Under the pieces are notes generated by a model, which was not told the DNA's origin, did no database searches, and worked only from the letters and a program-made list of their open reading frames with translations. From Vicugna vicugna (lineage: Eukaryota), in assembly GCA_013265495.1 (NCBI GenBank), contig MU058584.1, positions 1,400,616-1,464,615 of the forward strand: a DNA stretch of 64,000 nucleotides, written 5' to 3'. Below, piece after piece: positions 24,431-36,200 of this stretch. The first letter of the stretch is position 1, and every line of letters begins with the position of its first letter. The position numbers and the translations under genes were made by a program.

Positions 24431-26779
24431 AGTATAATTCTTGATTATAGTCAGATTCACAATCTCGTCCTTTCTTCTCCATTAATGTATTGGCTATTCT
24501 TGATTTTTTGTTCTTGTGTATAAATGTTAGGATCAGCTTGAAAGAAATTTGTGCAATATTATTTGGAATCAAACTGAATACAAAAACTAATTTGAGAGAG
24601 AATTTATATCCATGAGTGAATCAGATGTATCTCTCCACCTACTTAAGATTTCTTTAATGTCCTTCAGTAATACTTTCTAATTTTCTCCATAAAGGTTTGG
24701 TCTTCATACTTTTCAATGCATTTTTTCCTTGTCCTCTTTATCATCATAAATAGTACACATAAACACACACATAAAATATTTTCTAATGCCTTCGTATTCC
24801 TTACAGCCATGCGATTGATTTTTATAGATTGATCTTATTGTGGGAAACACTGCTAAATTATTTTATTAATTCTAGTAACTAGTCTCTATTTTTTTGATTT
24901 CCTATGTAGACAATCATATCATCTGAAAATAATGACAGTTCAGTTTCCTTTTTTCCAATTCTTGTATTTATTATGTTTTTTTTTCCTGTAGTCAAATCGA
25001 GCTGTCTAGGTTCCAATACTATGTTGACTAGAAGTGGTGACAGTAGGCTTTTAAAATCTTATTCATAATTTAAAAGAGAATGCTTTTAATAATCTCCATG
25101 AAATATGGAGTTGCTATAGTTTTTGGCACTTACCTTTTACCAGATGAAGGAAATTACATGTATTCCAAGTTTTCTATGATTCTATTTTTAAAAAAAATCA
25201 TGAATATCAGCTGAATTTTATCAGTTTTCTGTATTTACTGAAGTGATTTTTTTATCCTTTTAATATGGTGAATCACATTAATGCACTTTCTTATACTGAA
25301 ATTGTGTTGCATTTCTGGAACACGTCTAATTTGTTAATGATGTATCGTCTTTTTATACATTGCTGAATTTGGTTTTCTGATGCTGTATTCAATAATATTT
25401 CATCTCAATTTGTGAATGAAATTGGCCTGTGCTTTTTGCATATTCATAATTTTCTTGTTTCATCTTGAATTTGTACCTAGATTATTCCTATAGAATGAAT
25501 TAGGCAATATTCCCTCCTTTTAAGTCTTTGAAGAAATATGTGAAACATTGTGTGAATTTACCAATGTCTCAAATGTTTGATGGAATTCATCTATACAACC
25601 ATCTGGACCTGGTGTGTTTTTGATGAGCAGACTTTTTAATTGAGTATTCATTTTAATTAATGGCTATAGATAGGAGTGACAGAATTTCTGCTAGTGGTTT
25701 GGATCAGGCACTGGACTAGTCAGGATAGATGCCAACAAATACACATGAAACGGGATCTGTAGGCCTATGGTACCCAGAACTGATCTTCAGTTGATAGATT
25801 GTGGGCAGGCTTATACGGTCTTGGGGAAGGGACAAAACCGGCCCAGTTTGTACTTGGGGATCAAGACTGGGGCTCTTCAAAGCCAGTGTGTAAATGTTTC
25901 AATATTTAATAACCTAAATGTCCTGTATTACATTAAAGCAATGTATGCGGAATCAATAAAAAAACTTTCTAAATTGACTTTTTGGGATAATTCCTATTTT
26001 TCTAATACCATTTCTAACAATTAGGCTAGCTTATTGGTATAAGCTTATTATAATATCTATTTAATATTTGTTTAATCTTTCGTGCACCTATAGTCTCATT
26101 TTTATTCCTAATGCTGTGTCTCAGACCTTCTCTTTCTGCCCATGTCTCCCATGTTCTTTTTCTGTAATCAGTTTTGCAAATGGTTTGTCAATTTACCAGA
26201 CTTTACAAGGAACTGTCTTTTTGATTTTTTTGAGCCTTTCTAGTGTATGTTTACTTCTCGTTTCATTAATTCAGCTCTTATCTTTTTTTCTACTTTTTTT
26301 TCCTTTCTCTGTTTGTACTCTTTTTCTAACTTCCTAAATTTGATGCTTATTCATCCTAAATCTTTCTCTTTTTTTATTATAGGCATTAATTTAGATTTCT
26401 TTCCAAATCCTGCTCTTTCAGCATTTTCCAAATTTGACATATGATGTTTTTAATACTGCTCAGTCCAAAAGTTTTCTGAACTGAGATGGTATCTCCAGAT
26501 ATTTAGTCTACCATCTTGCTGAAATTCAAGTCACCACTGGTCCTTTTAAACATCTCTGGAAGGATCAGGTCACACGTGATTATTTAATCTTCTAATTAGA
26601 AATTGTTGTGACTGAATTTTTAAATTGAAGTGGATTCTTCATCTCTCATTATGCTCGCCAAAGTGCCAGGAATGAAGTAATTAAATAAAGGCACAGCTCC
26701 TTTTGACAATCTGCTAAAAATAAATGGGACAATAATTTTTTCTCTTTATTACTTGCTTGCCCCTCCCACCCCCATATCA

Positions 26780-27295
26780 TTTTTCCAGATTTATTGTAAT
26801 ATTATTGACATATAACATACATAATTTTAAGATGCACCATGACATGATTTGATACATGTATCTACTGCAAAATGATTACCTCAGTAAGGATAGTGAACCC
26901 TTCCATCTTCTCCCATAATTACCTTTGTTGTTGTTGTGATAATATACAAGTTCTACTCTCTTAATAAATTCGAGTATATAATGCAGTATTGTTCATTATA
27001 GTCACCATGCTGTACGTTAGATTCTGAGCACTTATCTATCTTCTACCTGGAAGTTTGTACCCTTTGGACAACATCTCATTTCCCCCACCCTCCTGCCCCT
27101 GGGAACCATCAATCCACTCCCTATTTCTATGAGTTAGGCTTTTTGAAATTCCATGTATAAGTGAGAACATACAGTATTTGTCTTTCTCTGTCTAACTTAT
27201 TTCACTTCACACAATGGCCTCAAAGGTCCATCCATGTTGTGCAAAAGGCAGGACTTCTTTTCTTACAGCTGAATAATTGTCCATTGCAGATATAC
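26780..27295 (-). mobile_element. L1 3' end (L1MA-type), antisense
   Basis: ATAGTCACCATGCTGTACGTTAGA...TATAAGTGAGAACATACAGTATTTGTCTTTCTCTGTC...GGTCCATCCATGTTGT. Confidence 0.88.
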
Positions 27296-27369
27296 ACCAA
27301 CAAAGAGAGGGAGAAACGTTAATTGATTCACTGAAACTGAATATAGAGACAGACATCAAGACAGCCTTT

Positions 27370-28010
27370 ATGAACACACAGACACCAAGCATGTGTGTGT
27401 GTGCACACGCATGTAAACACACACATACTCACGTTGACACAGAAGAAATGAGAGAGAGACACACAGTGAGAGATGGTGGGGCGTGGAGATGAGACAACAG
27501 GTATAAAGAGAAAGGAGAGAGAAGTAAAGAAAGAGGAAAACTCAGATTCACATGGGGAAGAAAAAAATAGAATAAGAAATACCCAGAGGGAGATAAAGAG
27601 AAAAAATACAGAAGAAAATTAAAGGAAACAAAAACACACACACACACACAAAGATGCAAGGATACAGTTCTAGAAATACAGCCAAGAAGAGAGAGAAAGC
27701 CATTGTGAGAGGCTGTAAAATTCAGAAAGAGACAGACGCTCGGAGAGAGTGAGAAACTTCGAGATACTTGTCCATGCAGAGGTGGACAGAGACAGTCATA
27801 TGGAGAAAGAGACAGAGATGAGTTACAGTAGACACAGGCAGAGGGATAGAGGAACATCCTGGGGCAGGGGTGGATGGAAGCAGAGAGATGGAGAATAATG
27901 AACAGAGAAAGAGAGACGGGGAGAGGCAGTGAGCGGTAGCTGAAGATAGGGGTCTGGAGGAAGGCAGGGGTGGGCAGCCCTTGGAATAAAAAAAATAAAT
28001 AAAAGAATAA
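27370..28010. repeat. Degenerate GA/CA-rich low-complexity region
   Basis: Runs of AGAGA, ACAC, GAGAC; explains the 218-aa Leu/Ser/Phe-rich minus-strand ORF. Confidence 0.8.
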
Positions 28011-28594
28011 ACAAAAAGGACAATTCGTGTTATATTTTCCCTTCTGACACTTTTCTCTGCTGAAAAGCAATACAAAGAGAAACAAGTACGGGGAGAATAA
28101 AGAATTTGGTCGACATCACACAACGACTTTTTCAATATGGTCCTAAACTTCCAGAGAACATATTTTTGTTTTTTAGTTTTTCTCTAGTTGTTGGCATTGG
28201 ATACTAGTGATTCAAGTCAGCACAACATCTGGAAATGAAAGTTATATAGACACCCGGGGGACCTGGATTAATCACCTTTCCTGCTGCCCTTACAATGAAT
28301 CAGCAGCAACTTCAAACAATAAAACAGCCCTGAACCGGTGATTTCTCAAGGGTTTGTTAACGATGCAGTACTCGAAAAAATGTATCAATTAAAAAGTACA
28401 TATTGAATGGCACAATCTATCATCACTGTGTGCTAAAGGGAGATTAAAAAAAAGAGCTCTAAAATATAACCCCATTTTCTTTGGAATTTATAATTTAGTT
28501 ATGAAGGTTTGACTCAGATGTTAATGCACTATAGAAAAATAATCCACTGAATTGTAAGATACTGAGTATTGATCCTACTTTTGTAAGTATATGG

Positions 28595-28935
28595 TATAGG
28601 CTGGAAAATAAATTCTCTGAGGACAGAAATTTGTATTTGTGTTTTTCACTGAAAGACCTTCAGAGTCTAGAATAGTACCTGGCATACAGTGGGCAGTGAA
28701 TTTCTTATTAACTGCATCTAAATGGGATTTTGAGCCAGACAGATTTATCTTTTTGCTATTTATCAGCTATGTGGTCTTGGGCAATTAGTTATCTAGCCTC
28801 AGTCTTCTCATCTGTAAAATGGGGATGACAACAGTATTAGCCTTACAAGCAATGATGAGGCCTAAATTAGGTTATACGTACACACTTGGTCCAGCACATG
28901 AACAGTAGCAAACAGTTAATAAATGGCCCATATTA
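28595..28935 (+). mobile_element. L2 3' tail followed by MIR
   Basis: CTAGAATAGTACCTGGCATACAGTGGGC (L2); GCTATGTGGTCTTGGGCAA...CAGTCTTCTCATCTGTAAAATGGGG (MIR). Confidence 0.75.
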
Positions 28936-30169
28936 TTCTTATTTATTACTGTCTGCTTCTTAATATATCTTCTGCTTTGAAACATTTTGCTAACTTGGTA
29001 GAAATCATTTCAGCACCATCAAAATTTAAAGTATACATTTAAGAAGTACTTTATAATTCTAATTTTTAGTAATTAAGAGGATTCCTGCCTTAAGCAAGAT
29101 GAAGTAGAGAATTTGATTAATATTGTAAGAAATAAGATACACAGATATCACTAAATCCATAGGGTTTTTTATTTCACTTACAAAACTGTGTTATATTCAT
29201 GAGATTATTAGCTGCAATACTAATTAAAAAAATTGTAATGATCTCCACATTTTTTAGGTGTGATTCTGCATTTCAGGGTCAGGTCCTGGAAATGCAGATG
29301 CAAGAACAAACTTAACCATTCCAGGGAACAGAAGTGACCGATATTTCCAGTCATGTCCAATTGCACCACTGGCATAGAAACACAGAGAGTGATGATGCTT
29401 AAAAAAAAAAAAAGTCAGCACATTTTCAATTTAGATTGACACAATTCAAGAGACAGACATAACTGACATTTGTTCAATAACGTTTAAGTATGTCAAAGAA
29501 TGGTGAAAGAAAGTTTGATGTCGGCAGTCAGCTTAAAGTCAAGCACTGCACTAGGAAAATGTGTCTCAGGCCGATGCAGATGTTCTCAGATGAAATGTTC
29601 CCCTTAAAAAGTTGAAGGAGGTGTTCAACTAATGGAACACCGGTGGAACATCACTTAGCCTTGCCCCTCCGTAGTCAGCAGTAAATAAATCTCCTGTCCT
29701 TAAATATGTGCATGTGTACGTTAATTGTTTGGTTGGAATTGGTCATAGGCAATGTGCTGGCAGGAATAAGATCTCCATTGACATAGCTGACACACTACGA
29801 ATCATGAGCCTAACCCCTTTTTCTGGCTGTTAGTTGGTTACTGCCATCTGCATACCTGATCTACGGCCATCTAGGACTTCTGATTGTTCTCAGAACATAA
29901 TCATGTTTTCCTCCAGTGTGCCGTCCCTCAAGGAGTGCCTACCATATAGAACATTCCCTATTCTTCTGCTTGGTCATTAATATCCTACTTGCTCATTGAA
30001 ATCCCGCTTAGACGACACCTTTATTATCTTTCCTTACTCTACAACCAGATAGAATTTCTCCTTTATATGAAATGCTCTCAGGTTCGCTATGAGATTATAA
30101 GGTCCTACATGGCAAAATCTCTTTCCCTTTATGTTTGTATTTCCTGTAGAAAATGACTCAAGGGTTTTC

Positions 30170-30633
30170 CATATAAGGCACCCACATTAATGACCCCAAT
30201 TTTTCTTCCTAACAAATCTCCATACCGTTTGCATATAACTTGACACTACCCTTTTGCGGTGGGCAGGGTGTACCTTCTCCACCCCTTTGTTTGGGCACAT
30301 GACCTGCTGTGGCCAATGGCATGTTAGTAGGCATGGTGGGAGCAGAGACTTGGAAAGTGCTTGTGTGACTGGCCTCCTTCTTCTTGTTCTTCTGACATCA
30401 CCATGAGTGAGAAGGCCATTCTCAGGATAAAGATGAGAAGAAGAGATGTAGAGAGCAGAGTTGCTCCAAGTAAGATGCTCCGGTCAAAACTGCAGAGATA
30501 CAAGCAAACTCAGCCTAGATCAACTGAGCTGCAAAGACAATCATGTGAGAAGTAAGTGTTTATTGTTCCAGGCCACTGAGATTTTGTAGTTATTTGTTGC
30601 ATAGCAATTTTGCAACAATAGCCAGTGGACACA
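30170..30633 (+). mobile_element. MLT1 (ERVL-MaLR) solo LTR, MLT1I/J-like
   Basis: CATGACCTGCTGTGGCCAATGGCATGTTAG...GCCACTGAGATTTTGTAGTTATTTGTTGCATAGCA...GACACA. Confidence 0.8.
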
Positions 30634-31779
30634 GTATTCAATTAATGTCTTCAAATAAATTGAAAGAAAATATTTTCCAGACTCTAGAATTTAATATTTA
30701 AGGACTATTTTATATGCACTTCAAGTGGGGAAGAATGACCTATGAAAGACTTTATGGATTTGTTAAATGCATATTATAATGAGATTAGACTAAAGTTGTG
30801 GTTCTAATAAATGTTAATTTCAGTGGAGATGACCTGTGGACAATGTGGCGAGGTAGGGGTGAATGACACTTGCTAATTGGATTTTGAACTGATAAAGGGA
30901 TATATCCCCAAAGCAGTGGGAAGGCAAATGTCGGTAGGGAAGGAGCCAGGGTCCCTATCATCACCCATCTCTGAGTGATTTGCAGTTGCTCAGTGTTCTC
31001 CCCGGAGCATGAAGCCCAGAGATAAACCCTGTATGTGAGGGCTCTTTGTTAACTGTAAACACTGAAGAAATATAAGGGGGTGTCTGTGATGACGACCGGG
31101 ATGATGATGGTGACAACTAAGGTTCTTTCCAACTCCGGCTTTCTCAGCTTTTATTTCACCACCCTGAATTTGAACTTTAAAATTCCTGTTCTGCCTTTTT
31201 ATGAGAGTCATCTTAAGGCGGGAATTTTTGACATAAATACCGTAGGAATAAAATAAAATGACTATAAATGTCAGGCAAGAGAACAGACCATTTCTCTTTA
31301 CTCTGAAAGCTAAAACTGTTCCCACGAAGCCCTACCAATGGCCTTATATTTATGAAAAGTATGTTCGCCATTGACATCTGGTTTCATCCCCAGCCCAGCC
31401 TTGTGAGGTTGGTACACGTTAGTGTTCCGCAGCCCCCTCCCCACTCAGCAGATGGTGTACTTGCCTCGCAGACAGACTAAGTGATTTGCCCCGAGGGTAT
31501 ACGTGGAGGGAGCAGTAGGGCCAGGCTTGGAAGACAGGGCAGAAAAGTCACTGACTGCCTCTCATAAATACATACTTTAGGCTTCTTCTGAAAATTTAAT
31601 ACACACTGAAGGAAAACTTCCAGTCACCACGCTTACCATAAGCTTCATGCAAGCCGTCACAGACAGACGTGGTGCCAAGAGTCAGGACGCAGACTTGGCC
31701 CACGTGTGCGACTTCAGCGGTGAAGGGCTTTGACTGCTGAGCTCAGGTGTCTCTGGGTTCTGAGGCTGCATCTCCCGGA

Positions 31780-31990
31780 CAGAAAAGGGAGGCAGAATGA
31801 AGTGTGCATCTAAATTACTGTCACTTGTTATTGATTTACTGATGGCTTCTAAAAATGTCGCATTTGAACTGTCAGTGGATTTGCCGACTGCTGGCGCGGG
31901 TGATGAAAGCAAGTGTGAACCATAATTGATTAAGCCCCATTTGCTTATCCATATTATGCTAATTAGATCTGCAATCTTTCCCTTTGTACC
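31780..31990. promoter_or_regulatory. Candidate conserved non-coding element / enhancer
   Basis: Repeat-free, with retained CpGs; TAATTGATTA (31923-31932), ATGCTAATTAG, TGTCA motifs; conservation not verified. Confidence 0.45.
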
Positions 31991-32594
31991 ATCACCCAGT
32001 GACAGAGTGAATCAGGGTGATTGGGATGCAGATAGGACTGGAGGCAAGACTGTAAGATTGAACAGGGCCCATCTTATCTGAGAGAAAGTTTCTTTCTTTA
32101 ATATACTTCTCTTTGGAGATTAGACTTTGTATGACTCCCTTCCTTGGCATTTTCTCTGGGATGTTTTTATTCGAATTCATTTTAGCTTTCTGGACCCAGG
32201 ACTTGAATTCTTTTTGTATAAACCCATCCTCTGGCTAGCAATGGCCAGGCTTGTAATAGGGTCAGAACGAGGAATTCTTTGGCAAGAAACTAGGACCACA
32301 GTACACTCTGGGGCAATTCCTAATAGACCAGGAGAAGCTGAGTTTATTCTCTCTGACCTCCCAGCTGCCCGTAGGAAGTGAAGATTTTCTCCCATTTCTG
32401 AAGAGATTAGCTGGACTCCAAAGTCTACATTGTACTAGAGTGTGAAAATTTTACATAAACTTTTTACTGCTGATCCTTACATGGCTTCATCAAAGCACCC
32501 AGACCTCGGGAGAACGTGATGCTAGCTAAGAGGAAGCCGTTCATCACCAAACACATGTTGAACACACACTAAGTGCCAAATACCAGAGTATCTT

Positions 32595-33462
32595 CTTTTT
32601 TTTTTTTAAGTTGAACTATATTTGATATACAACATTGTCTAAATTTAATGTGTACAACATATTGATTTGATACATTTATATGTTGCAATATGATTGCTAT
32701 CATGGTGTTAGCTAACACCTCTGTCTTATCACATAATTATCATTTTATTTTTAGTGTTGGGAGCAATTAAGCCTTAGTCTCTTAGCAAGTTTAATGTGTA
32801 TAATAGAGTTTTGTTGTCTATAATCACTGTACTGTGTAGTAAATCTCCTAGACTTGTGTATCTGCTAGTCACAAGTAGATACCCTTAAACAATGTTTGTC
32901 CGGTTCCCTCCACCGCCAGCCCCTGGTGACCACCATGTTTACTTTCTGCTTTTATGGGTTCAGTTTTTTTTTTTAGATTCCACATATAAGAGATAATACA
33001 CAGCATTTGTCTCTCTGTCTGAGTTACTTCACTTATCATGACATCCTCAAGGTCCATCTGTGTTGTCACAAATGGCATTTCCTTTTACCTCATGACTAAC
33101 TAGTATTCTATGTAATATATATGTTACATAGAAAAAAATATATATATTCATATATATATATATATATATATATATGTTTTACCAATTCTATCCATTTATC
33201 TATTAACAGACACTTGGGTTGTTTCCATATCTTGGCTATTGTGAATAATGTCACAATAAACATGGGTGTGAAGATATCTTTTTGATATCCTGTTTTTATT
33301 TCCTTTGGGTATATACCCAGAAGTGGACTTGCTGGATCATGGAAGTTCTATTCTTAATCTTTTGAGAAACCTCCGTACTGTTTTCCATAGTGGCTGAACC
33401 AGTTTACAATCCCACCAGCAGGACACAAGGGTTCCCTTGCCTCCACATCCTCACCAACACTT
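32595..33462 (-). mobile_element. L1 3' end, antisense, with internal (TA)n expansion
   Basis: Poly-T start, TTAGATTCCACATATAAG, GACACTTGGGTTGTTTCCATATCTTGGCTATTGTGAATAATG, CCACATCCTCACCAACAC. Confidence 0.92.
33139..33175. repeat. (TA)n microsatellite
   Basis: Direct read. Confidence 0.9.
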
Positions 33463-33479
33463 AAAGTATGCTTGTTGGG

Positions 33480-33640
33480 TCATCAGTGGAACCATCTCCT
33501 AAAGTGTTTGTTACAATACAGATTTTTATACCCTGCCCCAGCGCCTTTGGAATCAGTCTCTGGCATTGCCATCTGAGTATCCACGTGTTTAACAAGTTCT
33601 CTAGGTGATTCTTCTTTGTATTAAAATGTAAGAACTACAG
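33480..33640. mobile_element. MER5-like hAT MITE
   Basis: AATACAGATT...GAATCAGTCTCTGG...TTTAACAAGTTCTCTAGGTGATTCT. Confidence 0.65.
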
Positions 33641-33799
33641 TCTTAGTATGATTCAATGATACAAAAGGAGTATAAGAGGGAGATTCTGGCAGTAATTAAC
33701 TTAAAATCTAGATGGGCTCATAATGATGATGATGATCATAATAATAAACATAAGAATATGATATAATTAACAAGCAAGATTATTTTAAAATCTTAGGGA

Positions 33800-34850
33800 G
33801 GGAGTATTAAATGGCATCAAGTCTAACACTTCTCAAACAATTTTTATATATCAAATCCCAGAAGGAACCCAATAAATAAACTGTTATAGTTGAAAAAAAA
33901 CAAGGGGACATGGAGCCCTTGTATCTTGGTGACTCTCTTTCTTCCCATGGTGGCTCCAGGAACCAGAGGGACCTTGTATTTACATTGGAGAAAAAGATTA
34001 TTAACAACAAATTGAAACAACCAATAAACTGTGGAAAAAGTGTTCAAGTTCATTAGCAATCACAGGGATGCAAGTTAAAACAACTTCATAAGCATCACAT
34101 TGGCAAAAATGTACATGAGTTGGCTAGACTACCAGACAACTACCAGAAGTGTTCTTGAACATTGTTGGTGGAAATAAATTATTAAAGTATTTCTGGATGG
34201 TTCTGACAATATACGTTAAAAAAAATAGACTTATTCTTTGATGCAGCAATCTCATTCCTGGGGATTTATCCCACAGAAATAAACGCCCTAGAACCTACAA
34301 GGATGTTTATTGAGCAGTGTTTTCTGTTGCTAAAAACTGAAGACAAATAAATGTTCATTGATAGGGAAATGAAGTTGTAGCCTACCCATAGGATGACAGG
34401 TTAAGCCATCATTAAAATGATGAAGGTAGTCCTGTACCAGTTAGCTTAGAGTGATTATTAGGGTCTATTTTTATGTGAGAACAGGTAGATTTTAACAACT
34501 CCAACTTTTATGATGTCATGCAAATCCTCCATATAGGTATATTTTATTGTGTGTGTACATTGTTTTAAGAGCATGCTGCAAGTCGGAGAGTTGTTAATGA
34601 TGTTGCTTATTGTGTCTGGTTGAGCAGTGAGGAAAAGAAGATAAAAGGAAATATGCTATTAAAAACTAGGGTTTGTACTATAAACCCATAGTATGATTTA
34701 TGTAAAATCGTGTGTCGGTCATGGATACACACAAAGATTTATATACAAAGATCGCCACCAAATTATTAATAGTGGTGGGATTTCAAGTATGTTTTATCTC
34801 CTTTGTTACATTTCTACATATTGTTTGAATTTTTTTCCCCCAAGATACAC
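33800..34850 (+). mobile_element. Old L1 (L1ME-type) 3' region, sense
   Basis: TTTGATGCAGCAATCTCATTCCTGGGGATTTATCC...AAGGATGTTTATTG...AAATGTTCATTGATAGGG. Confidence 0.7.
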
Positions 34851-35984
34851 TGTGAAGAATAAAAGCAAAACACTGATTTTGATCAAGCCCTTCATTTTAA
34901 ATAAGAAAGCTAAAGGTCTGAGAAGTGTGGGTGACGTGATTTGCCTCTGGTCAAATAATAAGGAAATGACAAAGCATGAATCGAAACTTTGCTCCCCTCA
35001 AGTGCTACTGATCAGCATTATTTGTCGATGCAATGATGTTCTGAGTCATCACCTGGATTAAAATCTTAGGGGCAGACATCATGCCTCATTCATCTTCCAG
35101 TCTCTAGTGCCTTGCACATGGTAGATAGAATTTTGTAAATGATATAAAATGAGCAAATCTAATACAGAAAAAATAGCCTATAAATATTATTTCAAAACGT
35201 ACACTTGAAAAAAAGGATACAATGAATTTGTATAGATTTTGTATGTTTTTGTGCAAATGTCTACCCATAAACCTTTCTCATTGATTTAAAACTGGAACAG
35301 TGAACTTTATTCTAGCTGTTCGATTGCCATCTAAACACCTCTTCAGGACTCAGGAAAGTGTGAGACCTGAGATCACGGTGAAGTCCATTAACATGGTCAA
35401 CTACTTAAGTACTAAGGCAGAGATTTTTCATTTTAAGCTGACCTTATTTTTTCAATGAAGTTCCAGATTCTGAATGCTATTTGTTTATTTTTTTTTACCA
35501 TATTACACTGTTTCATAGCATTACAGTTACAAAAGTTACAAGATGTGTTTTTATACTGTGAATATTTTATAATGCTGCCAATCTTACTCACCATTGGAAA
35601 CAATTTTACAGAATGAAAAGATATTCAAAGAAGTCCTCAAAACAATATGATCAGTTCTATTCAAAGCCATTGTTCTTATTACTGTTTATTGTTTTTATTA
35701 TAGTTAATATTATTAACATAAAAGTAACAATCAGATGATTAAAAGATGGGGCAGTTTAATTAGTACGATTCTGATAATGAATGTACACCATCTAAACAGG
35801 ATTCAAACCGTGGGCAGTTAGACTCCTAAACTCATAAACTTCCCACTGATTCTACTATATGACAACCCTGGTAAGTGTTAATGTCTATTAGTTCAAACCT
35901 TAAATAAACATGATGGCAAATCAACTATGTGGTAGACCAGTTGACTTGTTTGGTGATTCCAATACATGTGGTATTTGTATATGT

Positions 35985-36200
35985 TCTATAGTCAGACATC
36001 CTTGAGAGTCCACTTACTAGTTTTAATTAATCTTCAACAAGTTAATTACTCAAGTCTCCATTTCCTCATTTGTAAAATGAGTATATTAATAAAACTTGAC
36101 CTCATGGAGTTACTGTGGGGATAAAATGAGATAACAATTGTAAGGTGTTTTGAATGGTGTCTAGCACATATTAGGCACTTAATAAATGTTAACTATTACT
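35985..36200 (+). mobile_element. MIR SINE
   Basis: TTTCCTCATTTGTAAAATGAG...AAATGAGATAA...GCACTTAATAAATGTTAACTATTA. Confidence 0.85.

Larger units (their letters stand above)
22570..26460 (-). mobile_element. Old L1 (L1ME-type), about 3.9 kb, antisense, hosting nested insertions
   Basis: Degenerate antisense ORF2 motifs GTAGACAATCATATCATCTGAAAATAATGACAG, AGAAGTGGTGACAGTAGGC, CCATCTGGACCTGGTG. Confidence 0.8.

Noticed and set aside
27429..28085. Longest ORF (218 aa, minus strand)
   Set aside because: Lies on the complement of a GA-rich low-complexity tract, which is stop-poor; Leu/Ser/Phe-biased with no domain
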